The notes below the pieces were generated by a model. It was not told the origin of the DNA. It worked only from the letters and a program-made list of their open reading frames with translations, and did not search any database. DNA of 64,000 nt from NCBI GenBank assembly GCA_965649825.1, contig OZ287707.1:1-64000 (forward strand), written 5' to 3'. Made by a program: the position numbers and the translations under genes. Each line of letters starts with the position of its first letter. Position 1 is the first letter of the stretch. This document shows, in pieces, positions 36,100 to 48,715 of this stretch. This DNA is from Penicillus capitatus (lineage: Eukaryota; Plantae; Chlorophyta).

Positions 36100-37265
36100 A
36101 AAACAAACGGGAAGCAAACTACTCAAGCATTCAACTGCGTAAGCTCCGTCGGTTACATGAGAGGTGGCAAAGTTTTCTGGTTTGTTGATTTCTAAAATCG
36201 GTCGCAGAAACGGCCACGCATCGATCTTATCTGAATTTAAATTCAACCGCATCAGTGTCTGAGCTGCTTTCAAAACCACAGATCGCGGAAACGATAATAT
36301 ACCTAAATGTCCACGAGTCAACGAACAGTCCTCGCCGATTCGTCTTGGAGAGTCCTTGATGTCGATTCAATCCTCATCGACGACTTATTCCTTCTTTCGC
36401 AATACGATCGTTGGTTCACGTCGTACGTGTTATGGAATCGCCGTCAAGATGTTGCTGCCACGAAAACGAAAATCTGAATAGCAGTTGGTTTGCAGTGGAT
36501 TGAATGCTCTTATAAGTTAAGTTTGACAATACTTCTACGTTTTGGATACCAACAATGACGTCAGGCACGATAAGAACTTCTTTCTCGACACCTTGTTGAG
36601 CAGAATTGCAGACAACTGTTCCTTATGATTAAAGAGCAGTTTGCAGATGGATGGATGTCTGGCACGATCGGGTGGAGAGTTCGCACATCGGACTGATCAT
36701 GAGAACTGGAATGAAGGTCACGGGATTCTTCGTGTTCTGTCCCGAGATTGGTACTAAAACGCCAATCTTTTGCTGGAGACTGTGGATTCAATACTGATGA
36801 CGTCTCTCTTGACACAATACCGGAATGATTTGCATCTGAATGGGAGTCAACGTTCAGAAACCGTTTTGTGTGTCATAAGATACCAATCCATTTAATGCCG
36901 GTATTTTTTCTTCGATCTCCTTGAATGACCGAAAGGGGCAAGGGGCTGTGCTCGATGGCGTTCCTTGGATGCCATGAGCCTTGCGAATCGCCTCTGCCCT
37001 TTCGAGTTCTTCAGTCTTGGTTCTCGGAGACGGCATTTTACACTATCCAAGCTGCCTGTCGTTCGACGCTATGGCCACCACGAAACAGATAAACCTCTAA
37101 GAAGAACATGAGAAGTGAGTGTTGCTCGGCTCGTGAAGTCCGAGAAGAAATGCCTTCTTTTGAGTCAGAGTCTTCCCGGTTGTTTAGCTTTGTCTTCTTC
37201 TTGTTAGATGCAATAAAAGCAGGCTCCTGAGTCCACGTCGCGCGTTTTGTCGTTGTTTTCCATTT
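36100..37265 (-). pseudogene. DDX52: DEAD-box helicase (DDX52/ROK1-like) pseudogene remnant
   Basis: AEAIRKAHGI...PFRSFKEI...GF*TLTPIQMQIIPVL (Q motif), then a degenerate motif Ia (ISPMCELS). Many stops; Walker A not recoverable. Confidence 0.55.
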
Positions 37266-37363
37266 CTTCAAGGCGATCAAACCGTTGACAGCTGAGCGAA
37301 TATCTCGCGTCGACGATCGTTCATTTCATTCGACTGTCTTTTCGTGTGTTTGTCAACACTCCC

Positions 37364-38314
37364 ATGGCAGCCAACAAACAGTGGTTACCTCTAGAGGCAA
37401 ATCCAGATGTCATGAACACCTTCAGCAAAGGATTGGGACTGTAAAAGGATTAAGTCTCGTTCCACGAAGTCTACGACGCTGACCAAGTCATCCTGCCATC
37501 TTTCTTTGACTATCTTATCCGAGAAATGTAGGATATGATGGCTTTGGTCTCGAGACCTGTTTATGCTGTTGTCTCGCTCTTCCCTATCGATGAACACTCC
37601 GAGATTGCGAAACGAGAAGACAATGATCTGTAATTCTCTTTTCAAAAACGCAAAGAAGTTGTGTACAGAGGAAGAGAGAATTGACAGAGAAGGATAGAGG
37701 GTGTGTTCTCAAGTGCATTATGTGAAACAGACTGTCGGCAACGCCTGTGGCACGCTTGCACTGTTGCATGCAATTCTCAGCGACATGAACAGATTGCCGA
37801 TTCGTCCAGAATCTTTCCTTTCTCAGTTCTACAGCAGAACGACAGAAATGACACCCATGAAACACGCCAAGTTCTTGGAGGATCCCAAAGAGGGTGGTGA
37901 TCCAGACATAGAAACAGCACATCAGGTAGAAACCTCTCTCGATGCAGGTCAATTGAGACGGACTGTATTACTGCTCTCCAGTAAGCAGCAGTATCGGGAG
38001 ATACACGGTCGCCAGGAATTGATGAGAAAGTGAATTGCATTTCTCCTGTCTCGTTCAGATAGAGGGCATGCCGTATTCGGCTATGCATCCATTTTCAGCA
38101 TCTTGGTTCTGTCAGGTGGACTCTATGAGTTGGATGGTCGAAAGAAGTTTCCTATTTATCATGGATGCACACAGAGGTCACTCTGCTGGAAAACTCTGTG
38201 ACGATCGCTGAAGAATTCGTGACCAGGTTTCTGTTATCATTTTCCTTATTGCTCAATACATGGGTGTGCAGGACGCAGAGCATTCAGTTCAACATCAAGG
38301 CACTGGCCGGGTAG
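37364..38314 (+). pseudogene. Ubiquitin C-terminal hydrolase (peptidase C12, UCH-L3-like) pseudogene
   Basis: WLPLEANPDVMN, KQTVGNACGTLALLHA, LYELDGRKKFPI.HG, QFNIKAL. In-frame TAA at 37442, 37451 and 37982, plus frameshifts near 38035 and 38175. Introns retained. Confidence 0.88.
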
Positions 38315-38471
38315 GTTCTCCTCAAAACATTAGAATTGTCCACAGGAAACGTGCTTTTCAGTGTAAGCATCTCTCGCTATGATAGTGAATCTCGTCGAAC
38401 ATTACGTTATTTAATGCCGAGTAAGCAGTCGTTGGTATAGTTACGTCGACACATCAACGATCTTTTTCGCG

Positions 38472-39740
38472 ATGCAACCGATTCCGCAGGATCTTCCGAT
38501 TCCATCAGAGTTCGCTTCGCCGAAACACAGGGAATTTGAGATCTTGGTTAAGGGACTTCCACCCGACACGACGGATATTCAACTAGCAGAAGTCTTCGGC
38601 AGTGTCGGACCCGTCCTGAAAGTTCGACTTATCTCCTCAGAATCTGGTCATCCCTCAATGAACCACTCGGAGTAGTCATACGCGTTCGGTGATGCATCGC
38701 AGATCCCCTGAAGAGTGCCTACCTTCGCTTTGCTAGCCGCGAAGCAGCCGATCGAGCGCAGTCACTTAGATCAGTAGGTTTTAACAGTAAACAGCGTTCT
38801 GCTCGATATCTTATGCCTTGTTAGTTTCGACGCTTCCCCATTTTTGCTGAAATCGTTGAACGTCATACGGCCCTGAACCTCCTTCCAACTCAGCCAGCTT
38901 TGAAGGTTTGACCTCTTTAGAATGCAGCAAAGGACCAACCAACCACATTGGACATTGTTTGCTGTCCAGTTTCCGATACAGTCGACTGGTGATCCCCATG
39001 ACTGGCTGACAACTCTTCTGAACAGCATACGAAGCTTTTCGGATCCAATAGCATTGCCGGCTGCCAGTCTTCGTACAGAGATAGAACAGATTTCTGGAAC
39101 GACCATAGGGAGACCAGTGCGTCCTATGTTTGAATACATTGTTACTTAGACATTGTTTTGTATGAGATGAGTGATGATGAAGAAAACAGCGAAATGCAGA
39201 GTGATGCAGTCCTGAAGCCTGAAATGCAGGAATACTTGAGGCTGTTCCCGAATTGCAAGTCACTCATGGTGAAGATCAGAATGATACCTAACAACGATAA
39301 CAAAACACCGATCTCAGTGATCAATGAATATGCCAAGAGGACAGGACTCAATCTGCAGTACAATATGCCAAACGATATGAACGTTGGTCCATACTATGTG
39401 GAGTGCAAATTACTATCAAAAGATCGCTCTCGGGTGTACGCTGACGGAAAGGGCGAAGCCAGTACCAAGAAAGAAGCACGGCAAATAGCATCTGCACATG
39501 CCATCGAGAGCCTCTTGATGACAGTGAGAGAAGCAGAATTCATGTCATCGGGCAAGTCAAGGGTAAAGTGCACATACTCTTTGTTCACTGCTCAGCCTTT
39601 CTGTTTGTCAGTTCTATGGCACTTCTTCAATGTCTGGTTATTCATCAAGGCATTGAACTGGCGGAGATCACAGTCAAGGAGGCCATCACAGGTGCTGAAT
39701 GTCGTGTGCATTTCATGGTAAGCAGACTACGTTGAACGGC
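38472..39740 (+). CDS. RRM + double-stranded RNA-binding domain protein
   Basis: RRM: ILVKGLPPDT...LAEVFGSVGPV...AYLRF. dsRBD: KTPISVINEYA...GKGEASTKKEARQIASAHA. Multi-exon; some junctions and the 3' end are uncertain. Confidence 0.72.
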
Positions 39741-40266
39741 AGAGAGGTTTGCCTTGCCCATGTTGTTTTGTCATTTTTCAAGATACCCGATACCGTATTG
39801 TCGATCCTTGTTGCGTGCAAGACAAAGACGGCAAAGATTCTTTTACGTTTTTGTTTCTGACGGTCTCTAAGGCTGTTGTCCTGTGCTGATTTCGCGACGG
39901 AGTCCGAAACCACTCCGCTGCATCGAGAATGCGTCCACTTGTGCAGTTTCAGGCTTTTTTCTGGATGCTACTAATGACACCTTGCCACCGAGGAAACTGT
40001 TTGTATTTATTATGTCTGGATCTTTGTTACCAGGCTCAGGCACTGTTTCTCGATCATCTGAGTGCTGTCGACAGTCAGCGTGAGCGCAAGTTTGAACTGC
40101 ATGTGAACATGGTCACCTGACATCGATCGGTGCCTCGAAGCGTATCGCGTTAATCGAATCCTGCATTGAGTTTAACGCCAGCGATCGGCGAGGCACGTTT
40201 GTCAATTGGCGACATTTCCGCGGGACCTCTGAACAAGGGTCGCGCACATTGCTTCTGCGCTGCCTC

Positions 40267-43200
40267 ATGGGAAGTTTATGCAGTAAAGATAGTCTTCCAG
40301 CAACGAACATCGATTCAGCAGAAGTCGCTCGCAAAACATCGAACAACACGGATTCCGTAAAGATTGACAAGGTGCGAAGATGCTTCCGAGGAAGCCATCT
40401 AACCAGACTGTAGCTGAAGAACACGGCGTCCGAGGGGAAAGACCCTCAATGGATCAAGCAGAAGCGAGTCGCCGTCGCCGCAGAGGCACAGGAAGAAAAT
40501 GCCGATGTCGAAATACCGAACATCCCTAAATCCGGCGCTCAGCGAGCTATGATCGGCAAGGGATTCTTGCATTTGGCTCCGTCTTGAGCCACGGCGCGCT
40601 TCTCTGCAGAGAAAGCCGTCAACGGAAACGTACTCTTTGATATGTTGAGTATTCCTGCGAAGAAGTCCATCATCGAAAGCATGACGCAGCTGACGGTTTC
40701 GACGGGAACTTCCATCATCAAACAGGTTCTCCAAGATGCATCCTGTCAATCTGTTAGGCTAAAGACCCTCTGTCAGGGCGATACCGTGGCGACAAAGTTC
40801 TATGTCTTGGAAGAAGGATCCTGCGATGTTTACAAGTCTGTAAAAAACGAGGCGGCGAAGAAAGTGCACACTTACACTCCTGGAAAGTGCGTATGGAGTA
40901 TCTATCGCTCGCGCCGTCCTATCTCATTGTCGGCTTTGTTGGTCGATGCAGTGGATTCGGAGAACTGGCTCTTCTTTACAATGCGCCTCGCGCTGCCACG
41001 GTTAAAGCAACGACAACCTGTCGACTATGGGTTATGGAGCGATCTGTCTATGTATCTGTGAAGCAAAGCTTCGATCGAAAGATGATTGAAGAGAGAAGGA
41101 AACTCGTAGACAATGTTCCTCTCCTCCAAATGCTCTCAGATGATCACAAGACCATATTGACAGACGCACTTGAGTTGGTATCTCATACGCAATCTCGCCT
41201 CTCTACTGGAACGCGTGCGAACGGACAGGTCGACTTTGATCGTAGAGTCATCATCGGCGAAGGCGAAGTCGGAGACCGTTTCTATCTCATAAAAGAGGGG
41301 CGTGTCAATGTCATGAAAGGAGAGACGACAGTGGATAAACTGCGCGAAGGAGATTACTTTGGAGAGCGTGCATTGATTAAAGACGACGTTCGAGCCGCAA
41401 CTGTTGTCGCTGATGGATATGTCTCATGCTACACGATGACCCGAGACGCGTTCAATAAACTCCTAGGACCTATTGAAACGCTTTGGCGGTATGAAGTGCT
41501 GAAGAAGGTCACAGACACATTCGCAGACGTCCAGAAATGAAGAGATCTGTATCCTGCTTGTCTAGGTTCCCGTATTCTTTAGTCTCAGCGAACAACAGTT
41601 ATGGAAACTCGCAGACAGTCTACAGACTTCTCACCATTCTAAGGGAGAAATGGTGTTAAGGAAAGGAGACCCAGGTGACGTTTTCTACATCATCGAGGAG
41701 GGCACGTTTTCCATCTTCGACGACAAAAAGACGGAGCTTGCACGTGTGGGCAAAGGATCGTGCTTTGGCGAACTGGCTCTGCTCAAACAAGATGTCCGCG
41801 CGGCTAACGTCGTTGCTATAACAGACGCCAAGGTGTTGTGGTTCGCTTTCATCCATTCCCTGACAATAGACTTCCGTTCAGTGCTTAACACTGCATCGCA
41901 ATGCCTTCAACTCCATGCTCGGCACTTTGGCCCAGATTCAGCACCTCTGGAGATTCGAGGCTTTGCGGCGCGTCCCGATACTTGCTCAATTGACACCGGA
42001 GCAGCGATCCTCTCTTTGCTCAGCCTTCGTACAGGAAGCAGCCAGTGTAGGAGAAGACATCATCAAACAGGTGACCATCGTCGCAGACTATTCGGCATCC
42101 CCGGACGTCTATTCGCCTTTTGGTAGGGAGAGGAAGGGGATCGATTCTACATTGTGGAATCTGGCATTGTCGGCGTTTTTAAGGATGACGGAACCAAACC
42201 ATTAGCAAAATTGGGTCCCACCTGCTACTTTGGAGAACTGGCATTGTTGAGGAATGATAAGAGAGCGGCGTCTATTCGGGCACTCACGGATGTCACTGTT
42301 CTGTCTCTGGGTCGAGAGGCATTCGACGATCTGCTGGGTCCGCTCGTCACGATTCTGCAGACGCAGGCCTCTGCATACGACATCACAGATTCAGCGCGAT
42401 TGAAACCCAAAGTTCTTCGGAGAGTGTCTCCGAGATGCTTTCCACTGACGGTTCTTTGCATGTAGATGAATTTGAGTGATCTCAAAGAACTTGGTATTCT
42501 GGGGACAGGTGGCTTTGGTCGCGTCGTTCTTGTCACATTCGAAGAGAAATTCTATGCACTCAAATGCATGAGCAAGGCATACATCATTGAATCCGGATTG
42601 CATGACCACGTTCTGCGCGAAAGAGAGATCATGCAGGAGTTACAGTCTCCCTTCATCGTCAATCTCAATGCCACTTACAAAGACAAGCATAACGTCTACA
42701 TGCTCATCGATGCTATCATGGGCGGCGAAGTATTCACTTACCTACAGGTATGCATCCCCTCATGTCCATTGAACAAGGATATTCCCTGTAGACAAGGAGA
42801 AAGCCTCTAAACGAAGCTCATGCACGATTCTATGCAGCATCTGTGATATGTGCGTTTGAGTATATGCATGATCGCCACATTCTCTACAGAGACCTTAAAC
42901 CAGAAAACCTTCTGATTGATGTGAATGGTTACGTCAAAGTCACAGACTTTGGTTTTGCGAAGAAGATGGTGATCGGTGGTAAGACATACACTCTATGTGG
43001 AACGCCTGAGTACCTAGCTCCGGAGCTCATCACGCAGACGGGGCACACGCACACAGCAGACTGGTCAGTTATCTACTTACGCAGAGGCAGATTATCGCTC
43101 ATTCTTAGGTGGGCATTGGGTGTTCTCCTGTATGAGTTTGTGACAGGACAGCCGCCGTTCTATGATGACGACCGCGTCAAAATGTTCAAGAAGATCTGCG

Positions 43201-43613
43201 ATGTGCGGTTCAGTTTTCCGGTGAACATGTCTCAGGTGTGCGTCATCACACGAGATTTCATTGCATCACACGCGTTCCTCTAGGAGCTGAGGGATCTCAT
43301 TCGTCGTTTGTTGGTGCGAAAGCCAGCCATGCGGCTAGGGGCTCAGAAGAAAGGGGCGCAAAGCATTAAATCGCACCCTTGGTTCAAGGACTTCGACTGG
43401 GAGGCCTTCGCGAAACAGAAACTCACTCCACCCTACGTCCCCAAGGCAGATCTATCGAGTCCATGTCGCAAACGTGATCATTGAAAATGTCGTGTCCAGG
43501 TGAAGCATGCAGGAGACATGAGTAACTTCATCACACCCCCGGATGCACACACCCATCCGGCAGCACAGCGATCCAAGCGATACGTTTCAACTGGCATCTT
43601 TAAAGATTTCTAA
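40267..43613 (+). CDS. PKG: cGMP-dependent protein kinase with four cyclic-nucleotide-binding domains
   Basis: N-terminus MGSLCSK. Four FGE(L/R)AL...RAA phosphate-binding cassettes. Kinase motifs GTGGFG, YRDLKPEN, DFG, CGTPEYLAPE. C-terminal FKDF*. Many short introns. Confidence 0.93.
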
Positions 43614-43684
43614 ACACGGTCACTGAATTTCATATTGTAAAGACTTCGTTCAAGCCACCTCTATGTTGTAAGAACAGCAGCGTC

Positions 43685-45575
43685 TTAGAATCGTCCTCTC
43701 CCTCGACCACGACCTCGCATGCCTCTGCCGCGTCCACGCATGGCCCCGGTTGCGTCTGGCTGTTCACTTTGTGGGTTCTTAACGGTTTCATCCACAGAGA
43801 GAATCAGACATGCAGCTTCACTCGCTGACTGAATTGCATTCTTCTTCACCAGCATTGGTTCCCACACAAATGCTGCAAAGGTATCTACGATATCTCCTGT
43901 ATTAACATCGACCCCGAAGTTCTTCCCATCAAAGTCAGCCATCGCATGTTTCTGACGGAGGCGATTGAGAATATCTGTGGCATCAAAACCAGCATTGTCA
44001 CAGAGCTGTCGAGGAATGATCTCCATCGCTTTGGCAAAGGCATTGATGAAGAGTTGCGATTTTCCAGGAATGGAACGCGCATGGTCTCTCAAGTGTTTGC
44101 TGATCTCCATGTCGTTTGCTCCTCCTCCTGCCACGATCATGGCATTCTTTGATGCCCTGCAAAAAATATGACGCATGACGACACGACTTCAACAGAAGCA
44201 TCACACCTTCGTACAATCATGATGGCGTCATGCAGTGAGCGCATGGCTTCATCGATGAATTGCTCGGAGCCTCCTCTTAAGACGATAGTAGCCGTTTTGC
44301 CTTTCGGACAACCAGTGAAGAGATTATACCGTTCACCTCCCACCTGCCTTTCTTCGAACCTAGAAGGATTTCTCCTTGGTAAGAGAGGTAGTGCTGGAGA
44401 CAGGATGGCACTTTTCGCAGACACCTAAGACATTGGGATCCATGTTGTTAACCGTCGTCTGAATCTGTGCCCCGGTGGCTTTGACGACACGGTCAAGGTC
44501 CTCTTTCGGCACACGTCCAGCACAGAACACATCGCGATCTGCAAAATACTGTGTTGCCAAATCTCCAATAGCCAAACGCGATAAGACGATCCTCGCTCCA
44601 CTGTCGACACAGGCTTTCAGTTTGGCATAGATAATATTCCATTCCGCATCGACAATTGACTGATACTTAGCGGGATCATCCAATCTACACAACAACTTCC
44701 ATCATCTTAGCTCCACGGCCATCAGACTTCATCTGAGAGGACACCTGATTTCCGCGTTCTCCTTTTCGGATTTCAATTCGAGTTCGATGTTGAGCAGAAG
44801 GATTTTTGGATGGTTAAATGACTTTGGTTGCTGTTCAAATCCAGCATAGGAGAATGTCTTTTTGAAAGCCACGCCGTCCACCAGGAAACTGTCTCGCAAT
44901 CCCCCGCCCATCACCTTCTTGATGCCAATGAGTCTTTGATCCAGGAGTGAAGGGTCCAGTTTTTGGACGGCGTTGACGACCATCTCAGCAAAGAATTCCT
45001 TTTCGCTGCTAACGAGTTTAGATTGCAATGATGTCTTGGCACAATTGATCAACATTTCACGCTTCTTCTCATGAGAGGCACTTTCAATGGACACTGCCAT
45101 TTCTGATAGCTTGGAGACGGCCAAGGTGGTGGCCTCGCGAAATGAACGAATGATATTGCGTGGATGGACGCCTTCCTCGATAAAGGGCTTTGCCGCTTTG
45201 AGGTATTCAGCTGCCAGAATCACAACTGTTGTGGTTCCATCACCCACTTGGGCATCCTGTCGCGTTGTATCCAAGCTGTCACAACACCAAAAGAGTGAGA
45301 GAGTGAACCTGAGAGAGGGATATGTCCACAAGCGTCTTGGCGGCGGGGTGGACGACTTCGAGGAGTTTCATGATCGTGGCGCCGTCGTTGGAGATGGTCA
45401 CTCCTTTTTCGGAATGTATGAGCTTATCACGTCCACGGGGACCCAACGTACTCTTTACCACGTCTGCGACCGCACAGCAGGCGTCAATGTTCGAGATCAG
45501 TTGCGCCGTCCCTTGACTCGTGTCCGTCCCTTCCTTCAATAGAATGATGGGCGGATGCAACATTGGACCCGACAT
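43685..45575 (-). CDS. CCT7: Chaperonin CCT/TRiC subunit eta
   Basis: [58 protein letters not shown]-like [22 protein letters not shown]. Five exons. Confidence 0.96.
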
Positions 45576-45752
45576 CTTGTTGACCGGAAAAGGTCGCCTT
45601 GTCGAACGTGGCGATGCAACCCGCCTTCTTGCGGAACGGCAAAGGCTTTAATGGAGCATCTGCGGTAAATGAGCGACGTCTGCATTCCCGAGGTCGCATG
45701 CACACCAGTATGGATGCCGATGCATTCTGGGAACAAGAATTAATAGCAGGTC

Positions 45753-46653
45753 ATGTTCATGTATGGGATCTTCGCTGAAGTTGGCACAGGTAAAGATGAA
45801 TGGTACCGGAAATCGAAAGTCTACTGGGAAAAGCAGCCTGACAGTGATGACAGTTGTTTGGGAGGTTTTGGCGAAGTCAGTCCGAATGAAATAGTCGGAA
45901 GTGAAGACTTCTGGAAACATGTCGGTCACATGACCCCGTCCCCCATTCCACTCGGGCACTGCAGGTTAAGGGAATGATTTCATGGGATGCGTGTCGAGAC
46001 AAGGCGACACCGTCACTCGTGCTCGGTCTGTCACATCACACCTTCAGGAGAATCGATGAGAAGGCTTCTTGATCTAGACGGTGGGTGTGGAAATGGTCGA
46101 GTGTCCATTCATTTGTTGAGGAAGCACTTTGATCAAATCGATCTGGTGGAACCTGTGGAACATCTCTTGGCAAAAGCCGAAAAGGAACTGTCTTCTCAAA
46201 GACGTGTTTCATATAATATGGGTCTGCAGGATTTTTACCCAGAACCCAAGATGTATGATTTCTCCCTTGTCATTTGGACCGCTGCAGCCTTTGTTATGCA
46301 GTTATGATGTGATGTGGTTTCAATGGTGCCTAACACATCTGACGGACGAAGACATTGTGGCACTTCTGAAGAGATGTCACGATGCTCTCAAACCTCATGG
46401 ATGCGTTGTGGTAAGGCTCTGATGCTGAACAATGGTGTTTTCTTAGGAGACTATGCTCTAGATCAAAGAAAACGTTGCACGGCGCACTTTTTTCAAAGAT
46501 GAAAGCGACGGCAGTGTGACAAGGAGTGACGAACGGCACAAGCAACTTTTTACACAAGCTGGATGGATGATCATCCGAGAAGAGTATCAACCTGACTGGC
46601 CCAGGCTACTTTTTCAAGTGAAAATGTATGCTCTCCGACCATTGTGTCAATGA
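45753..46653 (+). CDS. NTMT1: Alpha-N-terminal protein methyltransferase (NTM1/Tae1 family)
   Basis: YWEKQP...LGGFGEV, LDGGCGNGRV (divergent SAM motif), DLVEP, GLQDF, QWCLTHLTD, IKEN...DGSVTRSD, KMYAL. Confidence 0.85.
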
Positions 46654-46665
46654 GTTCGTTCACTC

Positions 46666-48700
46666 TTATGCCGCTGTTCTTCTGCAAGGAAGAGATCTGC
46701 CTTGTTTGTCCATGTTACTCTGCTCACTCCTCAGCTTTTGTTTCAGGGGAACTTTCTTCGCTGTTCTCTGCTTCGAGAGTGACGGCATCGAATCGAATGG
46801 TGCCCGAATAATCGGACTCGAAGAATTCATTAGTGCGCTCCGAAACTGGGGCATCTTTATCGCCCCATGTAATGAAGTCTTGCCATTCACCCGAATTTCG
46901 AGCCCTCTCAACAACCTGGAGCCAGAAACACAGTGCATTGTCGATACAGGGATTCTAGAAGTGTGCCACCAGCAGACCTCCTCTAAATCGCCAGAGGCAC
47001 GTGCTGCATCTTCTGCGGCTTGTTCTGCTTTGTACAATGCATCCATGATCTCGGAAGCGGCATCACCGGTGCTTTCACTGGCAAGTCGAGCAATTAGAGA
47101 ATCTTTGTCTAAAATGGCACGACAGTGTCGTTTAAGAAGAGATTAAAGAGTGATATTTTATTCTTACCCTTGAACAGATCTTCGACCTGTAGATCATCTA
47201 AATCACTATAGTCATCAGAATCCACCAAGGCATTGCCTTTCGTTAGCTTTTCTGCGCAGAACAGCAGGGTGAAGTAAGTATACTGGCAAGCGAGGGAGCA
47301 GCATGAAGAAAAAGCGCACCGGCGACTTCAATACTGACACCCTCCATAACACTGTTGGCCGATGACGTTCTGCCCAATTCCCCATTCTTCTCCTGACTTC
47401 CGTCTGCCATCACGACTGGAACAGCCAGTTGTTTGCTAACAAACATCGCCGCATACTGCATCACTGCGCACAACATTGCTAGAGATTCTCACGTGATCGT
47501 CTCTGCAGATGATCCATTTCTTGCTTCGGCTGCTGTGACGATACTGGCCAATCTCTTCCGCCACAGATCCATGGCCGGTCTGAAATTCTGAGTGAAGCTC
47601 GTGATATCTGATGCGACCTGCCTCTCACTCCACACCAGACAATGGGTTTGAAGAATGGGCACCTTGTTCAAACTATCTATTGTCTGCCGAGTAATGTTCT
47701 TGGAACTGTGGACTGCTCTTTGTTGCCCTGTCGTCTGTTTGGTAACCAGTGCATTCTGTGTTTTGGTCTCATCAGCCGGAGTAGTCTCCTTTGATGTTTC
47801 TTTTCCCCGACGGCGGTGCCGAGCAGGTCTCCGAGAAAGCAGCCCTCCACTCAACGAATTCAGACTCTGCCCCAGCTCTTCAAATTCCCTACCAATACCT
47901 CAAGAGCATGATGATAGAGAGGAGTGAGTGCACTGGACGAACCGGCTTGCTTGTTCCACAGACTTAAGAGCAGGAGGCAGTTTTTCATCAAACATAATCG
48001 CAGCTTCTTCGAGTTCAATTGCAGCACTCTCCAATTGTTTTGAGGCTTTCTCCGTTGCTCGACACGTTTCTTCAAATGTCTGCGAATGCGACATCTTGAA
48101 AGAATGGAATATGGGTTCTCCATGCCTTCAGTGTGGGCCGCAGGTATGTCATAAATGCCGTTAGTGTTGCAGCGACGGTTCCAATTGTGAGCAAAAAAAT
48201 CAGAACCACGGATCCAAACCATCCACCAGATGGATGCATCAGTTTGGCTTGCACAACGATTGGTTGCAGCTCTCTCCTTGGGTCAATAGCGACAGATTCA
48301 TGTAAAACTCTTTCTTGAGTAATCCCAGACGACGGAGAAGTCTCCCCCTCAACAGCCTTGCGTTTCCAAGAATGCCATCCCCTTGAGATTCTGCATTGGA
48401 AACGTCACATGAAGGAGTAAAAAGTGCATGGACACTTACTTTAGTGGCCTCGCTGACCATACCACGTCTCGTGGCCACGTTACCTGCAGCCTGATGTGTT
48501 TTCGCTTTCGCGTTTGGAATGTTCGCGCGTTTAAGAATCTGCTGGACGCTGTTGACATTCGACAGAGTTTCGCGATATCGATCATTTCGGCACGGCACGG
48601 CACGGCACAGGATAAGAGACTGGATGTTTTGCTTGTCTTATTGTCGTACGTTTGATGACGATGACGACAACGATGATCATGTACGCCACTTGAGTTGACA
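46666..48700 (-). CDS. Hypothetical multi-exon protein with one TM segment and Ala/Glu-rich coiled coils (plant DUF948-like)
   Basis: VVLIFLLTIGTVAATLTAFMTYLRPTLK, then ATEKASKQLESAAIELEEAA...LPPALKSVEQAS, and later LYKAEQAAEDAARAS. Start and exon joins approximate. Confidence 0.5.
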
Positions 48701-48715
48701 TCGCGGAAAGGCGTC

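Noticed and set aside
37442-37984. Alternative genetic code (TAA/TAG = Gln) explaining in-frame stops
   Set aside because: Intact genes end in TAA or TAG (PKG, CCT7, RPL17), long ORFs such as the PPase contain no internal TAR, and the same pseudogenes also carry frameshifts.
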